64,000 nucleotides of DNA from a virus: IMG/VR virus record IMGVR_UViG_3300032285_001771, positions 3,198-67,197 of that record. One strand, written 5' to 3'. Positions 30,672-40,085 of the stretch are shown piece after piece. The position numbers and the translations under genes were made by a program. Every line of letters begins with the position of its first letter. Position 1 is the first letter of the stretch. Under the pieces are notes generated by a model. The model was not told the DNA's origin. It did no database searches and worked only from the letters and a program-made list of their open reading frames with translations.

Positions 30672-31516
30672 CGATAATCTTGATCTGGAAAATCGAACGC
30701 GGCACGGTGTAGTAGTCGTTTTTCTATACTCTTAAACGGCCAGCGTTTGTGTATTCCTAACCATTGTTCTGCAATAACTATATCGCCATCTTCCCAGTCG
30801 TGGTGATAGCAAAATTTATCCTGCACAGTATATTCAGAAAGCCATTTAAATATTTCTTTACTTTCTTCTTTGCTCATTCCAACAAATCCCGAGTACTGAA
30901 GGAACGGAAAGTAAAATCCTTTCTTACCTGCTATGTTTTCTATTACTAGGCTAGGAATGTAATCGTTGTTTTGACTTGTATCAGGATCGTCTAGATCGTT
31001 TGCTATATACACTCGTTCGATTAGTTTTAGATTTTCTAAAGGTTTACGTCTTTCTTCATCTAATTCATTATATGAAAGAATATTGTTGTTCCAGGTTGTC
31101 CTAGAACCTTTGCTTCCTCTCACACTATATAACCATATTAATGATCTTCTATTCGGGTTTGAGTGATCGTTACAATGCCATTGCATTTCTTCTTCCCAGC
31201 CTGCTATACCCGTTAGACCTTCTTCGTTCTTTTCGCCTGTTACACGAAGTAGATATCTATCAGATTCTGGGATCTCAGCTCCTTTAAAATACGAGTGATA
31301 ATGATTAACATCATCATGATAAAACTGTTCAGGATTCTTAAACATTTTTGCAATCTTAACTTCATCTTCAACACTAAGGTTTTGACCACGTGCTACTACA
31401 ACAGTATTTGTTGCTAATAGTTTTGCTATTTGATTGATGTCGTCTTGTGTAGCCTGCTTGAAATCAAAATCTTCAAGCATCACAGTCCATCCGTTTTCGT
31501 GTAATCTATAATTCAT
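30668..31516 (-). CDS. TauD/TfdA-family dioxygenase
   Basis: WHCN, GSRTTW, HDWEDGDIVI, HKR, RLLHR. Confidence 0.8.
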   Translation of the reverse strand: MNYRLHENGWTVMLEDFDFKQATQDDINQIAKLLATNTVVVARGQNLSVEDEVKIAKMFKNPEQFYHDDVNHYHSYFKGAEIPESDRYLLRVTGEKNEEGLTGIAGWEEEMQWHCNDHSNPNRRSLIWLYSVRGSKGSRTTWNNNILSYNELDEERRKPLENLKLIERVYIANDLDDPDTSQNNDYIPSLVIENIAGKKGFYFPFLQYSGFVGMSKEESKEIFKWLSEYTVQDKFCYHHDWEDGDIVIAEQWLGIHKRWPFKSIEKRLLHRAAFDFPDQDYR

Positions 31517-31520
31517 TTTA

Positions 31521-32258
31521 TTATACCTTTATACCAATCTTTGTTCTAAATTCTTCAGTGAATCTACCATTAATTCGCAACGTATATGTAGGACGATTAA
31601 TAGGTTCCCCACCATGCCAGTTTCTTTCATTCCAATAAGCAACTCTAGTATTCATATATGTTTTATCCTGCGTTTCGGAGTTAATAATATAAAAGGGTCT
31701 ATCTATATCAGTTTTTATATGAATGAATTCGTGTATGAGATCTGGCTTATCGGCTTCTACATACTCTAGATCGGCATGCTCCCAGGGAATTCCGCCCGCT
31801 TCGAGCACTAATAGATTTGATGAGGATAAACTTTCAAATATACCTGATGTTTTAAAAGTTATAACCCAATCTATTAGTTTAGAAAAATGTATATAGAATT
31901 CGCCCATGCCCTGGGGATGCCATCCTTCTTGGAGTATTCTATATATAGAGTATAGATCGTAACCGCCAAACGCAAATTTAAGATACTCAGTAAGTTGATT
32001 ATAGTTTAGATCCTTGCCAGCTATCTTTAAAGGATCTGTGTCTGGCAACGAGTTCCATAATTTATATGCATCCCATACCGGTTTGACTTTTAGTCCTTGT
32101 GCATGGGGTCGAATAGTACCTTCGGGGATTTCATGTAATCCGTCTATAGCAAGATGTTTAGCAGTAGCTATCCCTCTACAAATTTCTGGATGTAGACGAT
32201 CAAATTCAGTCAAATCTATATAGTTTTCTAAATCTATAAAACTTTGATTATGTATCAT
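31521..32258 (-). CDS. Fe(II) oxygenase-like protein
   Basis: GIPWEHAD, EFIH, NWHGG, TLRING; paralog of 24765..25565. Confidence 0.55.
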   Translation of the reverse strand: MIHNQSFIDLENYIDLTEFDRLHPEICRGIATAKHLAIDGLHEIPEGTIRPHAQGLKVKPVWDAYKLWNSLPDTDPLKIAGKDLNYNQLTEYLKFAFGGYDLYSIYRILQEGWHPQGMGEFYIHFSKLIDWVITFKTSGIFESLSSSNLLVLEAGGIPWEHADLEYVEADKPDLIHEFIHIKTDIDRPFYIINSETQDKTYMNTRVAYWNERNWHGGEPINRPTYTLRINGRFTEEFRTKIGIKV

Positions 32259-32553
32259 TTGTTACGATTTGATTGATTGTTATTTTATGATATGTGTTGT
32301 ATCTATCTTGCAGGACGTTTTGATATTGTAAAACTTTGTCTTCTACAAAATTAACATAATCTTCTTGTGTATTAAACAAAAATGTTTTAGTTTGTGTTGA
32401 ATAGTCTTCGCTGACCTTGCTAGAAATACTAACGAGTTTGTTAGTATCCTCAAATTTTTGTTTGATGTACTCTAAGATGCCCTCGTCAACTTTGTAAAAT
32501 TGACGTATGATACCATCTATTGGTCTTACACTAATTATTTCTAATTTTGTCAT
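32248..32553 (-). CDS. hypothetical protein
   Basis: 101-aa ORF with overlapping start/stop junctions in a minus-strand run. Confidence 0.7.
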   Translation of the reverse strand: MTKLEIISVRPIDGIIRQFYKVDEGILEYIKQKFEDTNKLVSISSKVSEDYSTQTKTFLFNTQEDYVNFVEDKVLQYQNVLQDRYNTYHKITINQIVTNDT

Positions 32554-33146
32554 GTATAGTCCTTTACAAAGTTAACATCAAGTTTTGGACAAGATACAAA
32601 AGCATCAGCTCTAGTCCAGTCCCAATTATGCGCACTATCTGGTATTAATTTGTTACCTATGCAAATAAATGTTTTTAATAAAAATTCATCATCTGTTTTG
32701 TTTTTTACTAATAAGTCGTAATCAACATGTAGATACTCTGCTATTTCTTCTAGACGAGGATCGTGGCAATCAAAGCTGTTACAAAATGCTAGAGCATAAC
32801 CTCTCTTTAACGCTTCCATGCCTAACTTAGAATAAAATCTTCCTAGGTTGATCAAAGACTTTCCATCTAATAGACTAGGAGGAAGTACAATTAACAATGG
32901 CGCCCATAATTGAGGAATTTTAAAATCGCTATTGAACTCTCCGCTCCTATTCCAATGCCCGATATAGTAAATCTTTTTAATGATTTCTTTATCCTGGATT
33001 AGGCTTTTCTTGGCAATTGGATTACTGTCTAAAAAATCATCTATCATCTTTGATAGATATTTCACAGTTTCTGCATCTACAGGAGTATCGATATCGAAAG
33101 ATCGATTAGCGTGTGATAGTGTATGATTTAGTGTGAGATTATACAT
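32550..33146 (-). CDS. nitroreductase-fold protein
   Basis: NRSFD..PV N-terminal motif, APLLIV, LG.....LGMEALKRGYALAFC, ICIG. Confidence 0.55.
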   Translation of the reverse strand: MYNLTLNHTLSHANRSFDIDTPVDAETVKYLSKMIDDFLDSNPIAKKSLIQDKEIIKKIYYIGHWNRSGEFNSDFKIPQLWAPLLIVLPPSLLDGKSLINLGRFYSKLGMEALKRGYALAFCNSFDCHDPRLEEIAEYLHVDYDLLVKNKTDDEFLLKTFICIGNKLIPDSAHNWDWTRADAFVSCPKLDVNFVKDYT

Positions 33147-33465
33147 CTACTAATACCTCAAAGTATTTGGGTGAATTAGATTCATCTATCCTGTATGGAA
33201 TATTGTTGTTTTGAAAAAAACATTCTAACGAACCAATAGCCATTCCTGTATGATGATGGCTTTCGTAGAAAGTAAAAGACGAAGGCATAGTCGCTTCTAA
33301 ATCCGTTCTTTCGTCTATGTCAAAATACTTAGTGGTTGGTATAAATTTCAATCTAAGAGTTTCGTCTTCTTTTGTTATTATACATTCAAAATAAACTCGC
33401 CCGCATCTTGCAGGTGCGTTATTAATCACGTTTTTGATTGATTCTAATAGGCCGGGATATTTCAT
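33139..33465 (-). CDS. hypothetical protein
   Basis: 108-aa ORF, first gene of the minus run; GATAAGTA 8 nt upstream of the ATG. Confidence 0.65.
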   Translation of the reverse strand: MKYPGLLESIKNVINNAPARCGRVYFECIITKEDETLRLKFIPTTKYFDIDERTDLEATMPSSFTFYESHHHTGMAIGSLECFFQNNNIPYRIDESNSPKYFEVLVDV

Positions 33466-33473
33466 TATATTAC

Positions 33474-33493
33474 TACTTATCTATCAATAAATA
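33474..33493. promoter_or_regulatory. divergent late-promoter motifs
   Basis: ATAAATA (+, 33487-33493) and GATAAGTA (-, 33474-33481). Confidence 0.5.
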
Positions 33494-33523
33494 TTGACAC
33501 ATATTTTATGAAGGGTACTTGAA

Positions 33524-34180
33524 ATGAATGGCATAATGAGTGAAAATTGGGAGCTCAAGCAAGAAGATATATACTTTTTGTTCCAAAGTAAAGATAACAA
33601 TTATCTGTGTTTGAGCTATGCTGTTAGAGGCAACTATACCATGCACCTAATGCGAGCCTTATTTGTACGTGATATGAATATGATCGAGGGGGACATTAGA
33701 AAGTATCAATGGTGTCCAGTATTTGCTGATGAAAGTAGAGATAACTTTAAATTGTTTCTTCATTTTGACGGAATCTTGTGCCAAGACATAATAGATCGTG
33801 GCGAAGGTTTAGATGCCTATTGTCCAAATTGGAAAGACCAATTAGAACAAATTTGTTTAGATCTTAGGACTGAACGGATTTACAAAACTACTATGAGTCC
33901 TAGATATTTCTTTATCGATAAAAACAAAGTATTGAAGATGTTTGGATTCTTCAGGGCATATACATACGGAGAACAGCCCGTTTCTACAGAGCTTATAATG
34001 CCTACTTTTAGCAAAGAAGAATCGCAGTTAATACAAGGTCAAGGTATGATTGATTTTAAAATCTTTGAAGAACTTACGTTTAAGAACAGCAAGTGGCCAG
34101 ACGATGCTCTGATGGAAATTTACAATAAACATAGCACAGATACTGAGCAAAATTCACAACCCGCAGATTTGAATAAATAA
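33524..34180 (+). CDS. degenerate protein-kinase-like fold protein (paralog 3)
   Basis: FVRDM, PNWKDQL, YKTTMSPRYFFIDKNKVLKMFGF. Confidence 0.5.
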   Translation: MNGIMSENWELKQEDIYFLFQSKDNNYLCLSYAVRGNYTMHLMRALFVRDMNMIEGDIRKYQWCPVFADESRDNFKLFLHFDGILCQDIIDRGEGLDAYCPNWKDQLEQICLDLRTERIYKTTMSPRYFFIDKNKVLKMFGFFRAYTYGEQPVSTELIMPTFSKEESQLIQGQGMIDFKIFEELTFKNSKWPDDALMEIYNKHSTDTEQNSQPADLNK

Positions 34181-34184
34181 AGTT

Positions 34185-34853
34185 ATGCTAGATACCCTAA
34201 AACAAAAATTACTCAGTTGGACCCCTACAAAAGCCAACGAATTCTTCAATAATATATCAAGATCTGCTCCAGGTACGAGCAGAATTTGGGAGTTAGCTCC
34301 TACTGGGTATTTTTTATACGATTCCATGTACTCTGCATACTTCGATTACAATGGAAAATCTTATACCCTGTCAGTAACCGACACAACAGAAGACTATGCT
34401 AGAAAACAGTTATTAAGTAATGCGGCTGTTGAAAATGGCTTTATTGCAATTGAAAAGCCGTTATCATTTGAATCCTTAGATATTTGGGGAGTTACCTATA
34501 CCTATGCTGAAGAAGTTAGGCCATATGGTTCACTAGGAATTAGTCTGTTAAATCTAGTACTAACTGACAATCAAGAAGCTGTACTCCAAGGGTGCATTAA
34601 TGATTTTTTTAAGATAAGACAACAACTTATAGAGTTAAGAGACCTAACAGTATTACCTGTGCCTAACAGTTACTATAATGTTTTTGATCCGTTTAAGCAT
34701 CTGTATTATGATCCTGCTTCGGGAAACTATTTTCTTGTAGGCGATTTTTGTAATGTCTTTGGTGCCCCACCAGAAGAATGGACAGACGAAGTATTCATTC
34801 AAAAATTAAGCAATCTTTTTCCAAATACAAAAATTACCATACCAACGAGATAA
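34185..34853 (+). CDS. hypothetical protein
   Basis: 222-aa ORF; ATAAATA (34173-34179) 5 nt upstream of the ATG. Confidence 0.7.
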   Translation: MLDTLKQKLLSWTPTKANEFFNNISRSAPGTSRIWELAPTGYFLYDSMYSAYFDYNGKSYTLSVTDTTEDYARKQLLSNAAVENGFIAIEKPLSFESLDIWGVTYTYAEEVRPYGSLGISLLNLVLTDNQEAVLQGCINDFFKIRQQLIELRDLTVLPVPNSYYNVFDPFKHLYYDPASGNYFLVGDFCNVFGAPPEEWTDEVFIQKLSNLFPNTKITIPTR

Positions 34854-34857
34854 CATT

Positions 34858-35613
34858 ATGTACAACGTATCGACATCATTAATTGAATATAAGATTTATG
34901 AAAATGACCAGGAAATTTATGCCTGTAAAATTCCTTATGATTTATTGTACGTTGTAAGAAATTTAACTGAAGACGGAACTGGATCAAGATACTCAGAGGT
35001 TAACATAGACGGTAACTTGTTTAGATTTGGAAGCATAGGCTACGATGTACCACAGGATTATTCTTCAGATGTACACGAAGCCCTAACTACTAATCAAATA
35101 ATAGCCGAAGGGACTACACGTCACGAAGCTTTTATGCAGTTAGCAGAAGAGCAGTTAAATCTTGAAAAGGCAGAACACACTACTGCTGAGTTACAACGAT
35201 TAGCTATTGAAGCATTCAACGCCTACGAACAACTGTTACTTGAGCAAAAGCAATTAACTGAAGAGCAGGCTCGATTAAACGAAGCAGAAAAATTAAGACA
35301 AGATGAAAATAGAATTGCTCTTGTTAGAGGTGTTGCTTTAGATCCATCAACAGCACCTGCGGCCTTAGAGAGCGAATTTGGACAAAGCGGAGATATTCGC
35401 CGTCAAGTTGCGGCCGTGATGGAAAGAGATATTTCTATATCTAAAAGAATCGTTCAACTTCCGAGAGTGCTTTGGATGTCTAGTTACGAAATCATGGAAG
35501 TAATTGGAGCTCAATCTAGCCAGGATCGAGAATTTTCACAATTAGTCTCAGATAATTTACCAGACGACAGCAGTTTAAAGATTCTGATAAAATCTTTTGG
35601 TTGGGCTAATTAA
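34858..35613 (+). CDS. hypothetical protein with central coiled coil
   Basis: E/Q/L/A-rich heptad-like stretch (LAEEQLNLEKAE...LNEAEKLRQDE). Confidence 0.7.
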   Translation: MYNVSTSLIEYKIYENDQEIYACKIPYDLLYVVRNLTEDGTGSRYSEVNIDGNLFRFGSIGYDVPQDYSSDVHEALTTNQIIAEGTTRHEAFMQLAEEQLNLEKAEHTTAELQRLAIEAFNAYEQLLLEQKQLTEEQARLNEAEKLRQDENRIALVRGVALDPSTAPAALESEFGQSGDIRRQVAAVMERDISISKRIVQLPRVLWMSSYEIMEVIGAQSSQDREFSQLVSDNLPDDSSLKILIKSFGWAN

Positions 35614-37087
35614 AAATCTTAACCCCGTAAGTTTTCTCCCACTCCTCGCAATCCTCATGGTCGTTAACCATCGGCTTACCTTTAATGTTTAAGCTGGTGT
35701 TTAACAGCATTGGGCATCCAGTTGCTTTATACCACATTACTAATAATTCGTAGAACTCGGGATTGTCTCGCTTTGATACAGTCTGTACACGACTACTGCC
35801 GTCAGCGTGAACGATAGCAGGAAATAACTCAGGATTCCTACAACGAGCGACCATTTGCATATAAGGACTACTGCCGTTACCAGGGATATCAAAGTAATAA
35901 TGAGCCAACTCCTCCAGAATCGCTGGCGCAAATGGTCTAAATTGCTGTCGTTGTTTAATGTCATTTACTCGTTCCTTTATCTTGATACTTCTAGGATCTG
36001 CCAACAAGCTTCTATTTCCTAATGCTCTAGGCCCGAACTCTGCAGGACCTCTAGCTACACCACATATTCCGGATGTTAACAATTCGTTCAATATGTTGCG
36101 GTTGTTATGTCTTGTGCTTATGTTATGTCCTAAGTAAGGACCCGTCCATTCTATATGTTTTCCTAACTTGGCCAGCACCGCACCGATAGCACTTCCGCTG
36201 TCTCCGGGCGCAGGCATTATCCATACTTTGTTAAAATACTTGTATGCTATAGGGTTTGCCGAACAGTTCAATGCACAGCCACCCATGAACACTAAATTTT
36301 GACTTGGAACTGTTTGTAATGCATACTGTAATACTCGTTCAAATACTAATTCGTATACTGCCTGTGTTGCGGCCGCGATGTCAAACATATCCTGTTCTGT
36401 AGACAACTCGGGTGCCCAGTCAAGACAGCCTTTGTGTAAATTTTGTCTCAGTCGAAATAAATGATTGTAATCGTCATTAGGAAACTGAAAGAAATCTAGA
36501 AGTATTCTATTAAAATGTTTTTTAGGATCTCCGTATGCGGCCATACCCATCAGGATATATTCTTCTTCATTTGGTTTTAATCTGCAACGCTGAGTCATTG
36601 CGCTGTACCAAAGTCCTAGACTATTTGGGTAGTCTAAACTGTATACTTTAGTTAGATTATCTCCAGAGCCGTGCCAAATAGTAAGTGTTTCATATTCCCC
36701 TATTGCATCAATGACTAACACACACGCATCATTAAATTTTGATGTATAATATCCTGCGGCCGCATGAGCATGATGATGGCTAACGTATTCTATTGGTAAA
36801 GAAAACAAATGTTTTTTTATGTATTGTCTAATATTGTTTTCTTTTAGATTCAACCCTTGTCCTGCTTCTAGCTGTCTAAGTGTTTTTAGTAAAGGCTTTT
36901 CATACCAAATAATTTTACTAGGTGTTAAGGTTTTGGTATGGAGATAGTAGTGTAAGTTGTGATCTAAATGAGCATCATTTTTAATGCCCGACCAGCGTTC
37001 AGTTTCAGAAGCAAATATCAGCCGGTCGTTGTCAAACACGGCAACTGCCGCATTATGACTGTTAGCCGATATCCCCCAAGTAATCAT
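35606..37087 (-). CDS. carbamoyltransferase (NodU/CmcH/TobZ family)
   Basis: HHHAHAA, DAIGE, MGMAAYG, GGCALN, GDSGSAIG, EFGPRALGNRS, RPFAP, LNTSLN. Confidence 0.95.
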   Translation of the reverse strand: MITWGISANSHNAAVAVFDNDRLIFASETERWSGIKNDAHLDHNLHYYLHTKTLTPSKIIWYEKPLLKTLRQLEAGQGLNLKENNIRQYIKKHLFSLPIEYVSHHHAHAAAGYYTSKFNDACVLVIDAIGEYETLTIWHGSGDNLTKVYSLDYPNSLGLWYSAMTQRCRLKPNEEEYILMGMAAYGDPKKHFNRILLDFFQFPNDDYNHLFRLRQNLHKGCLDWAPELSTEQDMFDIAAATQAVYELVFERVLQYALQTVPSQNLVFMGGCALNCSANPIAYKYFNKVWIMPAPGDSGSAIGAVLAKLGKHIEWTGPYLGHNISTRHNNRNILNELLTSGICGVARGPAEFGPRALGNRSLLADPRSIKIKERVNDIKQRQQFRPFAPAILEELAHYYFDIPGNGSSPYMQMVARCRNPELFPAIVHADGSSRVQTVSKRDNPEFYELLVMWYKATGCPMLLNTSLNIKGKPMVNDHEDCEEWEKTYGVKIFN

Positions 37088-37185
37088 TTGTAAATGAATG
37101 GATCTCGTTTGCGCAATTCTTTAATTCTCTGGCGATCTTTATACCATTGCCAAGGAGTTGTTAATATTCTTATAAACCAGTTCAT
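37084..37185 (-). CDS. 33-aa mini-protein MNWFIRILTTPWQWYKDRQRIKELRKRDPFIYK, SxtK/DUF5989-like PFIY motif
   Basis: Read from the reverse strand; its TGA overlaps the carbamoyltransferase ATG (ATGA). Confidence 0.7.
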   Translation of the reverse strand: MNWFIRILTTPWQWYKDRQRIKELRKRDPFIYK

Positions 37186-37864
37186 ATTGTTCTTTTAACC
37201 ACGTGTAATCGTTAATCTTACTTATTTCGGCTTTGTTCTCAAGGCCAAATTTTTTGCCAGCCAGTGCTCCTGCATATCCCTGTGCGCCAAATGGCACATC
37301 TGTGTTAAGCTGACACCATGCATCTAACCTATCTTCAGTTTCAGTATCTACCTGCCCATCAATAGTTTTGCTAGATAGTTTAGCACATTCTCTAAATGCA
37401 CTACGCCATGTACTAAATGCATCTGTGTTAAACGCTGTGATGTTGCTAACCTCCGGCATTGCTTTGAACTTGGTACTGATGCTGGTAGTCATATCTGGCT
37501 TAGTCAAGTCCATTGCTAGAGTAAGTTTCTTTGGAAGAAGTTTAACTCCTCCATATCCGTATTCTAAGTTATTAAGCGGGTTGCGACTGCGCCACACATG
37601 CACACATTCTAAATCCCATTCTGGTACTTTGTAATCAAAGTTAAATGAATCTAATATTTGTGCATCGCCGTCAACGACCCAAAACATTTCAGTAAAGCTC
37701 ATACGTGCCGCTTTTATATGCGCTTGATGTATGCCTGTGACATCCTTAACACGTTTAGCTAATGGGAACCGCGACTTAACACGCTGATAGTTTTCTTCAG
37801 CAGTTGGTTCTCCGTAACTGATAAAAATTAAATCATACACGATTGAGCTTATAAAATTCGTCAA
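37139..37864 (-). CDS. GT-A fold glycosyltransferase-like protein
   Basis: FISYGEP, WVVDGD (DxD), YGYGGVK, WRSAFRE; paralog of 37833..38708. Confidence 0.65.
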   Translation of the reverse strand: MTNFISSIVYDLIFISYGEPTAEENYQRVKSRFPLAKRVKDVTGIHQAHIKAARMSFTEMFWVVDGDAQILDSFNFDYKVPEWDLECVHVWRSRNPLNNLEYGYGGVKLLPKKLTLAMDLTKPDMTTSISTKFKAMPEVSNITAFNTDAFSTWRSAFRECAKLSSKTIDGQVDTETEDRLDAWCQLNTDVPFGAQGYAGALAGKKFGLENKAEISKINDYTWLKEQYELVYKNINNSLAMV

Positions 37865-38708
37865 AAGTATGTACTACGTATGCACTAACGTCGGCATCGA
37901 GTACAGGAACATCAATAAAGTCTTGTACTTTTTCTTTGTACATACAAACAATCCAACGTGGATCAGTTGTTGCTTGATCATTAAACATTGTTGTTAATAC
38001 ATCAAAGTCTCGAACGTGTGTAATATCCCAATCGGTACACATAGTTCGATACACGCCCTCCCAAGCTCCGGCAATAGCCCACATACCATTTTCTACATGT
38101 GCGCCCAGTGTAAGCCATTGTTTTAGCCTGTGTAGATTTTCCCACCAGATTACTTCTTTTGCCGGCTTACCTTGTTCAAGTCGTATACCTCGATCTAAAC
38201 ACATTTTTACACCTTCACGGAATCCTGCTCTCCATGCTTGTAGCGGTGTTGTGTTTATAATTGTTTCGCTGTATGATTTAGTTAAAGGATAGTAACCTGT
38301 TTCCCAACAAAAATCTACTTGTCCTTTTTCTTCTAATGCGGCTTCGTGTGTGCGCATGTTCCACACAAACTCCCTGCGCCAAGCCTTGATGCTACCATTA
38401 CCGTAGCGTAGTCCGTTAATACAATTACGTCCCGGCCAGTTAAATGCTTGGGCATTTGGATAATCATCTAAGTTTAGTTCAATGTCCCAGAATGTAGGAT
38501 CTACAATATTGTCTGCGTCTACCGTAACGAACCATTCAGTTTCGCTTTGATCAGCCGCGGCCTTATGGCAAGCGTCACTACCTTTAACACCATGTACACG
38601 TTTAGCCCAAGGTGCTTCTTGCAATAACCTAGCGTAGTTTAATTCTGCATTTGGTTCATCATACGAGATGAATATGCAATCTAATTCATTAATCTTTAGA
38701 GATGACAT
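37833..38708 (-). CDS. GT-A fold glycosyltransferase-like protein
   Basis: FISYDEP, VTVDADN (DxD), YGNGSIK, WRAGFREG. Confidence 0.65.
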   Translation of the reverse strand: MSSLKINELDCIFISYDEPNAELNYARLLQEAPWAKRVHGVKGSDACHKAAADQSETEWFVTVDADNIVDPTFWDIELNLDDYPNAQAFNWPGRNCINGLRYGNGSIKAWRREFVWNMRTHEAALEEKGQVDFCWETGYYPLTKSYSETIINTTPLQAWRAGFREGVKMCLDRGIRLEQGKPAKEVIWWENLHRLKQWLTLGAHVENGMWAIAGAWEGVYRTMCTDWDITHVRDFDVLTTMFNDQATTDPRWIVCMYKEKVQDFIDVPVLDADVSAYVVHTFDEFYKLNRV

Positions 38709-39249
38709 AAACTGATATTGGATTTGGTCCTGTATAATCTAATTCTATAGGTACTCCGTTGATAAAATCATTCAACTGAATTTCTTTAGTATCATACAGA
38801 TTATATGGATTGCCTTTTTCTGTAATATGCACATTATACACTTTTTCTTTGACCAATGTCAATCTTTCAATATTTTCTTGATTGGTTAAACTGTCAAAAT
38901 GATGTTGATCGTAGTGCAGTTTTAGGACATCATCATTCAGGTGTACAATTATAGCACAATCTGCTATAAAATTTTCGTAAGATCGAATAGATTTAACAGT
39001 TTCAAGATCGTCATTTTTTACGATCCTGCTGGTGAACATACGTTTACGTCTAAATCCTGTTATTGCATTTTTTTCAATCAACGGATAATATTCGTTTATA
39101 TTTTTAAAATCGACAAAAAATGTTTTTATCAATTCCCACTGAACTTCCATTATAGAACAGTTAGGATCCTCTATATAGTGAGCTCCTATAGATTGTATGT
39201 CAAGTGTAGAGGAATTAAATTTTACATAATGTCTTTGTATTTGTTCCAT
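38689..39249 (-). CDS. hypothetical protein
   Basis: 186-aa ORF overlapping both glycosyltransferase-like neighbours. Confidence 0.7.
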   Translation of the reverse strand: MEQIQRHYVKFNSSTLDIQSIGAHYIEDPNCSIMEVQWELIKTFFVDFKNINEYYPLIEKNAITGFRRKRMFTSRIVKNDDLETVKSIRSYENFIADCAIIVHLNDDVLKLHYDQHHFDSLTNQENIERLTLVKEKVYNVHITEKGNPYNLYDTKEIQLNDFINGVPIELDYTGPNPISVYVISKD

Positions 39250-40085
39250 ACTTTCTCCTCTAACATATTAACTAGGTTTTCACTGATTAAATTTTTTTGT
39301 GTGTAATGTAAGATGTCCTGTTGATGATATGGTCCAATCTTTACATTGAAATCTTTATTGTAATGAAAGGCAATGTAGTCAGTCCAGTTAGATGCTGATT
39401 CTCCAAATCCTTGTGATCTAGATTTCATATGTGTAAACCTAGGAAATGGCAATGTTGGGTCGCTCATATCTTCCACCATATCTAACATTTTTGCGGTTAA
39501 TGCACATGCTTCGTCAGTAGGTATACTTTCAAAATTACAGTTAGTCAATTGATTTTTCCAAGTTTCTGGATAATCAGTTAAGGCCCGCATTATATCCCAA
39601 AACTTCGAAGTTTCTCTACTCTGTTTAAAATATAACCAGCCAGAATAAAAATCTGGTAGATCATTATCAATAAAAACTTGTCGATAATATTTGCTGGTCA
39701 TTGTGTCGCCCCGGAATGTCATAGGACGAGTTGCACACCATAGGTCGTGTTTCTGCATGTGCGTCCACCAGTGGCTAACATCGTTAAGGAACAAGAAGTC
39801 ACCATCGATGAATACTGTTTCTTTGTAAGGAGTATGTTCATACGCCCGTGATCTAGCGTTCATTCCTTTAGGCCCTTCGTAATCTATAATGTCGTCAAAC
39901 ACCCAGGATAGTTTTAGAGATTGTACACTTTTTACATTTGTTGTAGCAACACTTACATTGTTGTACCCTTCTGGTTGGGTTAATTTTATAGTTAGAGCAG
40001 TTATATAGGCCAGCCTGATATAATTTGTTTCTTTAACATTATTAGCTATCATAAAATAGCCTTTATCTAATAGTTTTTCAATCAT
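39222..40085 (-). CDS. GT-A (GT8-like) glycosyltransferase
   Basis: TPYKETVFIDGD (DxD), YSGWLYF, FTHMK. Confidence 0.65.
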   Translation of the reverse strand: MIEKLLDKGYFMIANNVKETNYIRLAYITALTIKLTQPEGYNNVSVATTNVKSVQSLKLSWVFDDIIDYEGPKGMNARSRAYEHTPYKETVFIDGDFLFLNDVSHWWTHMQKHDLWCATRPMTFRGDTMTSKYYRQVFIDNDLPDFYSGWLYFKQSRETSKFWDIMRALTDYPETWKNQLTNCNFESIPTDEACALTAKMLDMVEDMSDPTLPFPRFTHMKSRSQGFGESASNWTDYIAFHYNKDFNVKIGPYHQQDILHYTQKNLISENLVNMLEEKVWNKYKDIM

